Assembly (NCBI GenBank): GCA_028286285.1
Contig: JAQBRV010000002.1
Span: 116,814 to 180,813, forward strand
Length of the DNA stretch: 64,000 nucleotides
Origin: Candidatus Saccharimonadota bacterium
Lineage (GTDB): Bacteria; Patescibacteriota; Saccharimonadia; Saccharimonadales; Saccharimonadaceae
Direction of reading: 5' to 3'
The position numbers were made by a program, and so were the translations under genes. The notes beneath the pieces were generated by a model. The model saw nothing but the letters and a program-made list of their open reading frames with translations. It was not told the DNA's origin and searched no databases. Positions 57,481 through 64,000 of the stretch are shown here, piece after piece. The stretch's first letter is position 1. Each line of letters begins with the position of its first letter.

Positions 57481-57918
57481 CTATGCTTGTCCATCTCTAT
57501 TAGGGTCGAATTCTACCGTCCACTCAATACCGTACTTGTCTCTAAACATCCCGAAATACGTATCCCATGGGCTATCGCCCATAGGCATTTCAATCGTTCC
57601 ACCTACAGTAAGTCCGGTGAATATGTTGTCGGCTTCTGCACGACTTTCCGTACTAATTGATATCTTAGACCTGTTTTCTTTTTCATTTACTGGACCCATA
57701 CTTTCAGGAACATCATTGGCTATTAAAGTATTCGCACCAATCGGCAAAGCAATACGCATGATTTTATTTGCTTCATTTTCTGGTACAGGAAACTCTGAGC
57801 TTTCTAGATCTTTGAAGCGCACAATAGTTTCGAACTCTCCACCAAACACAGATTTGTAAAAAATGAAGGCTTCTTCGGCATTTCCGTTGAAGTTAATGTA
57901 AGGATTGATAGTTGCCAT
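57481..57918 (-). CDS. VOC-superfamily protein (PhnB-like)
   Basis: 145 aa. INPYINFNGNAEEAFIFYKSVFGG .. FRDKYGIEWTV. Confidence 0.75.
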   Translation of the reverse strand: MATINPYINFNGNAEEAFIFYKSVFGGEFETIVRFKDLESSEFPVPENEANKIMRIALPIGANTLIANDVPESMGPVNEKENRSKISISTESRAEADNIFTGLTVGGTIEMPMGDSPWDTYFGMFRDKYGIEWTVEFDPNRDGQA

Positions 57919-57977
57919 TTAGATTATTCCCCTTAGTAAATATTTAGTTTCATTTCTATTTTAGCAGATGTAACTTT

Positions 57978-58024
57978 CATAGCACTTCTGTTTGGCTGGG
58001 CTGGCGGACGTGTTTCAGGAAGAA
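57978..58024. repeat. Junction box copy with left extension (diverged)
   Basis: CATAGCACTTCTGTTTGGCTGGGCTGGCGGACGTGTTTCAGGAAGAA. Confidence 0.75.
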
Positions 58025-58058
58025 TTTCCACCCTCCTAATTATTAATCTGGAGATTAA

Positions 58059-58517
58059 TCACTTACCAGCAAACACGTCCACTTGATCTTTAGCAGTAAT
58101 AATAAAGTTGCGAAGATTCTTCTGCACGAGCGTTTCCCAGCCATCGGAGCAATTTAGATAGCACGCAATCAGGGGCACTAAGCCTCTATGCGTAAAGACC
58201 AACTCAGTTTTGCCATCTTTTTCATTAATCTCGAAGATTATGTCAGTACCTTTCCACTCGTCTTTTTTATCGACAAAGCTTAAGTAACCATCTGTAACAT
58301 GCCACACTATCTTTTCTGCTGGAACAAATTCAGTTACTTTTTGTGTAGATCGGTGTATGTCACTGTATCGATAGGTAAATTCCGCGCCAAGTTTTTCTGG
58401 GTTTCCTTCGATCTCACCTGACCACCAGCCACGAACATTATTGATCGCATCAAATACTTCTTGAGGGGTTTGCTCCACCAATATGCTGGTGGTGAAATCT
58501 TGGTTATTATTTGTCAT
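58059..58517 (-). CDS. SRPBCC / AHSA1-domain protein
   Basis: Start at MTNNNQDF (ATG 58517). VFDAINNVRGWWSGEIEG..FTYRY. Confidence 0.7.
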   Translation of the reverse strand: MTNNNQDFTTSILVEQTPQEVFDAINNVRGWWSGEIEGNPEKLGAEFTYRYSDIHRSTQKVTEFVPAEKIVWHVTDGYLSFVDKKDEWKGTDIIFEINEKDGKTELVFTHRGLVPLIACYLNCSDGWETLVQKNLRNFIITAKDQVDVFAGK

Positions 58518-58596
58518 GATGAATCTCCTCTTATTTATTAAGTATAGTGTATATATAGTGGTTTCAAATTGCAACCGCTTTTGTTATACTTATGAT

Positions 58597-59004
58597 ATGA
58601 AAAAGCGAAGCCCAACAATATGTCCGATTGTTTTTTCTCTTGATACATTTGGAGACACATGGAGCTTAGTGATACTCAGAGACATCTTGCTTTTTAATAA
58701 ATCCCATTTTCGAGAATTTCTAGTATCCAAAGAAAAGATTGCGAGCAATATTTTGAGTGCCCGGCTCGAGACCCTTATTGACAACGGATTACTTACCAAA
58801 GAAGCAGATATGAATAATAAAAGTGCTGCTATCTACAAGCCGACGAATAAAACACTCGAGTTGTTGCCCATGATATTAGAGATGATGAAGTGGGGTGTTA
58901 GGTATAATCCAGACACAGATAGGAAAAGTGGTCCGATCATGCATCTACTGCTTACTGACCCCGAGGGATTACGTACGAGCGTAGTCTCAAAGTTCAAAGC
59001 TTAG
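58597..59004 (+). CDS. HxlR-type winged-helix transcriptional regulator
   Basis: Start at MKKRSPTICPIVFSLDTFGDTWSLVILRDIL (ATG 58597). Divergent from the SRPBCC gene. Confidence 0.75.
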   Translation: MKKRSPTICPIVFSLDTFGDTWSLVILRDILLFNKSHFREFLVSKEKIASNILSARLETLIDNGLLTKEADMNNKSAAIYKPTNKTLELLPMILEMMKWGVRYNPDTDRKSGPIMHLLLTDPEGLRTSVVSKFKA

Positions 59005-59090
59005 TCAGCTGTACTGAGGCGAAAAAACGAGTGTTCTGATCCCGATCCGAATTATGAAAAACGCCAGACTGCACGGTCTGACGTTTTTCA

Positions 59091-59121
59091 TGGCTGGGGT
59101 TAGTGGACGTGTTTAGGAAAC
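59091..59121. repeat. Junction box copy
   Basis: TGGCTGGGGTTAGTGGACGTGTTTAGGAAAC. Preceded by the bidirectional terminator-like hairpin AAAAACGCCAGAC..GTCTGACGTTTTT (59056-59087). Confidence 0.75.
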
Positions 59122-59153
59122 ACTAATGCATAATTCAATCGGGAATCCGATTC

Positions 59154-59735
59154 TTAACTTTTAATTTCGTGTGCAGTGCCATCGTTAAATGTTGCCTTCA
59201 ATTCAACGAATACATCTGTTGGATGTAGATCGGTTTGGTCAAAGGCTAATCTTTTGGCCTCAGGCTCAATAAATATTTGCGTCTTTTGTTTTTTGCCCTT
59301 TTCTCCAGCATACACAACTAATTGAATGCCTCTTTTAGATTCCATTAGTTGTGATGTTACAAAGTATTTGTCATCACTAGTCTTGAGTTTCTCTTTAGCA
59401 ATAGGTACAGCCTCGTCATCAAGATTAATGGTAGCCATCTTTGAGTAATTAAGGGCATCTAAACGTTTTTGTACATATAGTCTTTCTTGCGAATAAATAC
59501 GAGGCATTGTGTACATGTGCCCTTCATCGCAGTATAAATACTGGCCGTCTGACCAGCTTATTGTCGATTGTCCGTTAATAGTAGCAGAATGGTTGCTACT
59601 TGATGGGGTTAATTTCATTGAATGTTTGGGGCATATTGCATGCACTTCCTCAACTAGCTTACCCCTTACATTTATCCTTTGGGCTGAATGCCATTTAACA
59701 CTATCCACTCGTACCAATTTGTCATCGGAATTCAT
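59154..59735 (-). CDS. Hypothetical protein with a possible CxxH..CxxxH metal knuckle
   Basis: Start at MNSDDKLV (ATG 59735). AICPKH .. YCDEGH. No family recognised. Confidence 0.5.
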   Translation of the reverse strand: MNSDDKLVRVDSVKWHSAQRINVRGKLVEEVHAICPKHSMKLTPSSSNHSATINGQSTISWSDGQYLYCDEGHMYTMPRIYSQERLYVQKRLDALNYSKMATINLDDEAVPIAKEKLKTSDDKYFVTSQLMESKRGIQLVVYAGEKGKKQKTQIFIEPEAKRLAFDQTDLHPTDVFVELKATFNDGTAHEIKS

Positions 59736-59824
59736 ATATGAATTATACACCCATATGTACAGCATATCTTCTATCTGTTAGAATAGTATCAAATTTATTG
59801 TGGTGGGCTGAAAGTCGGCTACTC

Positions 59825-60940
59825 ATGGTTTTAAAAGAATTTCTCCAAGACTTAGATATAACTACAGAGTTCTTCAATTTTACAGGTTTTATTGATAATT
59901 TTGCTGTTACTGCCAATATTGCGCAAAATGCAAAAAATGGAACAAGTTCAGACTGGCGTACTGAACTTGACGCACAAATTACCATAATAGATGAAGCCGT
60001 CCTAAGCTTTGAGGTTAGCCAGTCTACTCTTCTTATCGAAAATTCTTACATAGAGGCTTCCGATTCTGCATATACGATTTTGAATTATCGATCAACATTA
60101 ATTAATATTTTTGACGATATCCTAACAGCGGATGTAGAGATTAATCGGCATTCAGAAGAGTTAAGAACTTTTCGAGCCAATACCGTTCAGATTAAAGACA
60201 GCCTAGAAGAGGTGGGCATCAATATTCCAAAGCAAGAAGAGCACGATGGCTATTTGGTAAAGTTTGAGTTTAAACAATTGAGCGACTTTGATTCGATGGG
60301 AAAGCTTGGAGCTACTGGGCATGCCTTAAATAGGCATATTCGCTCGCTCATGAAATTAGATCCAGATGCCCCACTAAAAGATATCGAAATTTCAACAGTA
60401 TCTAAATCATCTCCTTTTATGATTAGTGTATGGCTAACTAAGAAGGCTGCTGATGCAATCAACGCTATTATTGGTGGCGGTCTAGAGAACTATAAAAAGA
60501 TGCAAGAGATCCAAGTATTAAATGAAGATGTCAAAAAAGCAAAGCTAGGAACTCGCTCAGCGCAGATCGGTGTCATTCTTGATGAGGCCCGAGCGGACTT
60601 GGAACTATCTGTCATTAACGAACTTAAAAATGATCTGATGGTGGGATATCCACCAGAAGGCCCCAACGGCACAAAATCCGAAGTTGAAGAAGGAGTAGCA
60701 AAAGCGATTCAATACCTAGTCTCTCAAACCGGCAAAGGCCTTGAGGTAAAAGTTCTGCCCCCCACTACGGATATTAATTCTGACGCAACCGGGAGGGACA
60801 TAATTAAGGAATATGCACAAAAGAGAATCCGCGCAGAACAGATTATGAAGCAATTGCCTAATAGTATCGAGTCAGACGATTCTGCGGATGAGGTCGAAGT
60901 TCATCCTGATCCTGTTGAAGACGCATATATTGTAGCTTAA
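59825..60940 (+). CDS. Hypothetical 371-aa protein, largely helical, acidic C-terminus
   Basis: Start at MVLKEFLQDLD (ATG 59825). No catalytic motif recognised. Divergent from the previous ORF. Confidence 0.55.
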   Translation: MVLKEFLQDLDITTEFFNFTGFIDNFAVTANIAQNAKNGTSSDWRTELDAQITIIDEAVLSFEVSQSTLLIENSYIEASDSAYTILNYRSTLINIFDDILTADVEINRHSEELRTFRANTVQIKDSLEEVGINIPKQEEHDGYLVKFEFKQLSDFDSMGKLGATGHALNRHIRSLMKLDPDAPLKDIEISTVSKSSPFMISVWLTKKAADAINAIIGGGLENYKKMQEIQVLNEDVKKAKLGTRSAQIGVILDEARADLELSVINELKNDLMVGYPPEGPNGTKSEVEEGVAKAIQYLVSQTGKGLEVKVLPPTTDINSDATGRDIIKEYAQKRIRAEQIMKQLPNSIESDDSADEVEVHPDPVEDAYIVA

Positions 60941-61107
60941 TATTGCTGACGGCTAAAGCATAGATTAATTGTCAAAAAATTCAACGGCTAAGAAGCCGAT
61001 AGGCACATGGCGAAGACTGTGCTAGAATCGAGCTCGCCGTTGAAAATGATGACTTTACAACAGCTACGTAACTAGAAGTAGTTTAACCTCAATGATATAA
61101 TAGACCT

Positions 61108-61220
61108 ACGACCTACGCAGCGGGGCGCGGATGAATCAAATAGCTACATTGTAGGAAAGAAACATCCGTAGTTGGAGACCACGCAAAGAAGTAAATATCT
61201 TCGTTCGTGGTCTCTTTTAT
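61108..61220 (+). ncRNA. Candidate small RNA bracketed by an extended -10 promoter and an intrinsic terminator
   Basis: TGATATAAT at 61093-61101. GAGACCACG/CGTGGTCTC stem at 61175-61214, followed by TTTT. The interval contains only a 7-codon ORF. Confidence 0.3.
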
Positions 61221-61239
61221 TATCCCTATCAATCAAACT

Positions 61240-61425
61240 TGGCTGGGGTGGAGGGATTCGAGTCACGTTCCGCGACCCCGCAACTTCGCGATTGACGATT
61301 AATCGTCATCGGAAGATTGCTCTCAAACTGCCACTGGCAGTTTTCGCCCCGAATGTGCACTCGAGGGTTTGAACCCACTCATCCGCAATCACGCAAAAAC
61401 CCGACCAAATGGTCGAGCCTCTGCG
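61240..61425 (-). pseudogene. Degenerate partial tRNA-Gln copy (anticodon-stem to 3' end) interrupted by about 95 nt
   Basis: The minus strand reads ..GTGCACATTCGGGG[insert]TCGAATCCCTCCACCCCAGCCA, against the gene's GTGCCGACATTCGGGGGTTCGAATCCCTCCGCCCCAGCCA. Confidence 0.55.
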
Positions 61426-61475
61426 TGGCTGGGGTGGAAGGCCTGCCTACCGGCAGGGATTCACTACATGCTTCC
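61426..61475 (-). repeat. 50-nt segment ending in a second copy of the tRNA-Gln acceptor 3' end (ACCCCAGCCA)
   Basis: TGGCTGGGGTGGAAGG.. lies directly downstream of the tRNA-Gln CCA end and contains a CCTGCC-GGTA-GGCAGG hairpin. Confidence 0.55.
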
Positions 61476-61550
61476 TGGCTGGGGCGGAGGGATTCGAACC
61501 CCCGAATGTCGGCACCAAAAGCCGATGCCTTACCACTTGGCGACACCCCA
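61476..61550 (-). tRNA. tRNA-Gln (anticodon UUG), CCA encoded
   Basis: TGGGGTGTCGCCAAGTGGTAAGGCATCGGCTTTTGGTGCCGACATTCGGGGGTTCGAATCCCTCCGCCCCAGCCA. Anticodon loop TTTTGGT. Confidence 0.9.
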
Positions 61551-61612
61551 GTACTGGCCAATTATATCATACGACTAACAGATGTGACCAGAGGTCTATA
61601 GACACGCCTACC

Positions 61613-64000
61613 CTACTTGGCGAGGTTTGGTGACATGTAGAAGTGTCGGCCGATAAATTTATGGATCTCGACCACCACGATAGGGATAATAAAGGCGATG
61701 AGGCTCGTCACAAATAAGTCGCCGAACGAAACTGGATGAATGTGGAGCACCTCTTGGAGCGGGCCAAATAGGGCGAGTAGTTGTAGGCTGATTGCGACCG
61801 TCATGCCAATGGCGAAGTGTTTGTTGATGACCTTGAGCCGTCCGACCAGCGACTGGTAGTCACTGCGGGCGTTCAGCGCGTTCGCCCACTGCATAACCAC
61901 TAGGGCGGAGAACGCGATCGTCCGGCCGTAGTCGACGCCGTATTTGTTGCTGAACATGACATACATTACCAAAGTGACGGTGGCCATGGTGAGTGCCATC
62001 AAGATCATGCGGCCGATCATATGCCGGCTGAGGATCGGCGCATTCGGACGCTTAGGCTTGTGTGCCATGACAGTCTTTTCACCCGGTTCGAGCCCAATAG
62101 GGATCACCAGCGAGGTATCAGTCACCAGGTTGACCCAGAGTATCTGTACTGGCACTAGTGGGATTGGCACACCGATCAGCAGCGCCCCGATGGCTGTTAG
62201 TACCTCACCGGCATTGGTAGAGAGTAGATAGACGAGCATTCGGCGGATATTGGCAAAAATGATTCTGCCCTCACGCATAGCATCGATGATGCTCTTGAAG
62301 TCATCGTCCAGTAAGATAATATCCCCAGCGTCTTTGGCGATCTGCGAGCCGCTCCCCATTGCGACCCCTACATGGGCGTTGACGAGGGCGGGCACATCAT
62401 TGACGCCGTCACCTGTCATGGCCGTGATGTTATTTTTCTTAAGTAGACTCAGGATGCGGTATTTGTGTTCTGGAATAACTCGAGAGAAAATACGAACATC
62501 ACCTATGATATCTTCTAGTTCTTCGTCGCTCATAAGATTCATCTTGCGGCTATCGAACACCTGTTCTCTGTTGGTCACCATACCGAGCTGTTTACCAATA
62601 TGATAAGCGGTTTCTAAATGATCGCCAGTGATCATGCGCACCGTCACGCCGGCAGCTTGGGCGGCAGCAATAGCGCGCTTGGCGGCGGGTCTCAGGACGT
62701 CGGCTACGGCGACAAAACCGACGAATGTCAGTGGATGGGAATGAGGCAAGTCACTAAAGTTGGTTAGCTCACCTTTTAAATACGTTTCAGCCAGTGCAAT
62801 CACCCGGTAGCCTTGACTCGTCAGCTGGTGGAGGGCGTGGATGGCTTCTTCTTCCTCGCCACTCGTCAGGCTACTGCGTGCCAGGATGTGCTCGGGTGCG
62901 CCTTTGACATACAGCTCATAGGCTTCGCCTTTATGCCAGACATTGCCACTCATGGCACTGGCTTGGTCGAACGGCAAACTGACGATTGGCTTGGTCTTAG
63001 GTAGCGCGGCGCGCTCGCGGGCGACGAATTCGAGCATGGCTATATCAAGTGGATCATGGGATTTGGTGGTACCGATATTGACGCTGAGCGACACGTGGTG
63101 GGCGATGTTGGTGCGCATATGCGGTGGTTGCCAGACTTCCTGGACGGTCAACTTATTCTGCGTCAGCGTACCTGTTTTATCGGTGGCAATCGTGGTAATG
63201 ACCCCGACCGTTTCGATGGCGCGCATATTACGAACCAAGGCTTTTTTGAGCGCCATGCGGCGCATGCCGAGCACTAGGACGACGGAGATAGCGATGGGAA
63301 GGCTCTCCGGGACAGCCGACACCGCGAGCGCCATGACGAAGCGAATACTCTCACTCAGCTCCATCCCGCGCAGTAGAGCCAAACCAAAGGCGACCAGGGC
63401 GAGCGCTGTAACACCAGCGATAATACGCGAAATAAGGGTGTCGATTTTACGCTGAACGGGGCTGCTCATGTCGGTATTGCTCGTGAGGGCGGCTAATTGA
63501 CCAAACTCGGTGTCGTTTCCCGTGTAGACAACGACAGCCGTTACCTCGCCCGCGACAATAAAAGAGCCTTGGAACAACATGTTGTTGCGCTCGTAGACTT
63601 CCCTGTCACCGTTTATCGCCTCGATTTGTTTGGACACTGGCGATGACTCACCGGTCAGCAGGGCTTCGTCGGTGCGCACCGCACTGGCATAAAGAATGCG
63701 GGCGTCGGCCGGTATCCTTTCACCCTCGGTCAGCTGAATGATATCGCCGGGCACCAGCAGCGTCGTATCAATCAGTGTTATATTGCCGTCGCGCAGCGTA
63801 TCGACGTCTTGGGCGGTATGTGCCTGAAGCGAGCGCAAGATACGCTCGGTCGAAAATTGTTGCACATAGTAAATAAGTGCACTGACTGCAATAATCACGA
63901 GTATGATAAATGCATCAAGGCCATGACCTTGAAACAAACTAATCCCGGCGGCTACGAAGAGTACTAGCATGAAGACATTGGCAAATGGCTCGACAATTTT
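61613..64000 (-). CDS. P-type cation-transporting ATPase (Ca/Mg-type, P2-like), N-terminus beyond the right edge
   Basis: DKTGTLT phosphorylation site, TGES, MITGDH, TGDGVNDVPAL. The frame stays open upstream of the listed Met through position 64000 (..IVEPFANVF-MLVL). Confidence 0.9.
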   Translation of the reverse strand, partial: KIVEPFANVFMLVLFVAAGISLFQGHGLDAFIILVIIAVSALIYYVQQFSTERILRSLQAHTAQDVDTLRDGNITLIDTTLLVPGDIIQLTEGERIPADARILYASAVRTDEALLTGESSPVSKQIEAINGDREVYERNNMLFQGSFIVAGEVTAVVVYTGNDTEFGQLAALTSNTDMSSPVQRKIDTLISRIIAGVTALALVAFGLALLRGMELSESIRFVMALAVSAVPESLPIAISVVLVLGMRRMALKKALVRNMRAIETVGVITTIATDKTGTLTQNKLTVQEVWQPPHMRTNIAHHVSLSVNIGTTKSHDPLDIAMLEFVARERAALPKTKPIVSLPFDQASAMSGNVWHKGEAYELYVKGAPEHILARSSLTSGEEEEAIHALHQLTSQGYRVIALAETYLKGELTNFSDLPHSHPLTFVGFVAVADVLRPAAKRAIAAAQAAGVTVRMITGDHLETAYHIGKQLGMVTNREQVFDSRKMNLMSDEELEDIIGDVRIFSRVIPEHKYRILSLLKKNNITAMTGDGVNDVPALVNAHVGVAMGSGSQIAKDAGDIILLDDDFKSIIDAMREGRIIFANIRRMLVYLLSTNAGEVLTAIGALLIGVPIPLVPVQILWVNLVTDTSLVIPIGLEPGEKTVMAHKPKRPNAPILSRHMIGRMILMALTMATVTLVMYVMFSNKYGVDYGRTIAFSALVVMQWANALNARSDYQSLVGRLKVINKHFAIGMTVAISLQLLALFGPLQEVLHIHPVSFGDLFVTSLIAFIIPIVVVEIHKFIGRHFYMSPNLAK

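Larger units (their letters stand above)
53341..61550. mobile_element. AT-rich genomic island / cassette array anchored on tRNA-Gln
   Basis: Visibly AT-rich compared with the flanks (judged by eye, not computed). Contains 10 in-array copies of a junction box in one orientation, small unrelated cargo genes almost all on the minus strand, two nested tRNA-Gln 3' fragments at the right end, and no recombinase ORF. Confidence 0.6.

Noticed and set aside
53600-59130. CRISPR array or classical integron attC sites as an explanation for the repeated box.
   Set aside because: Spacing is irregular (283-2149 bp) and the intervals contain full genes, so this is not a CRISPR array. The box is not an imperfect palindrome, lacks RYYYAAC/GTTRRRY ends, and no intI-like gene, attI or cas gene is present.

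Overview
The window is about 64 kb of a compact bacterial chromosome with tightly packed, often overlapping genes. It uses the standard genetic code: UGA terminates conserved genes such as atpG and pcm. The gene content suggests a Patescibacteria/Saccharibacteria-like organism (FTIVELLIV-type pilin-like proteins, a sortase, a minimal F1Fo operon, few biosynthetic genes). That is inference only, since no search was possible.

Core content:
- two histidine kinase/response regulator pairs;
- gltX, xth, smpB and dus;
- a complete atpZ-BEFHAGDC operon;
- a UvrD-type helicase fused to a nuclease, a DEAH helicase, and a RumA-type methyltransferase;
- several glycosyltransferases and a P-type ATPase.

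Four tRNA genes or tRNA-like elements are present (Glu-UUC, Leu-CAA, Val-GAC-like, Gln-UUG). There is no rRNA gene and no CRISPR array.

Main observations:
1. 53.3-61.5 kb is an AT-rich island anchored on tRNA-Gln. It is built from about 10 small minus-strand cassettes, each closed by the same 30-47 bp junction box. The box core matches the tRNA-Gln 3' end. No recombinase ORF is present in the island. Two cassettes have no ORF and instead carry GC-rich structured RNA. One of these contains an exact copy of the 16S 790-loop hairpin.
2. 32966-33459 (minus strand) is an RNA of about 490 nt made of long helices. It contains a duplicated helix pair supported by compensatory substitutions. It lies between an atypical tRNA-Val-like gene and a 55-aa ORF that has a strong Shine-Dalgarno sequence.
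3. A degraded integrated element of about 1.7 kb is bounded by a 19-bp direct repeat of the tRNA-Glu 3' end and contains a recombinase remnant.
4. Two tandem pilin-like paralogs are fused to CBM4_9-like lectin domains.

All functional calls rest on motifs read by eye from the supplied translations. No database search or folding computation was run.
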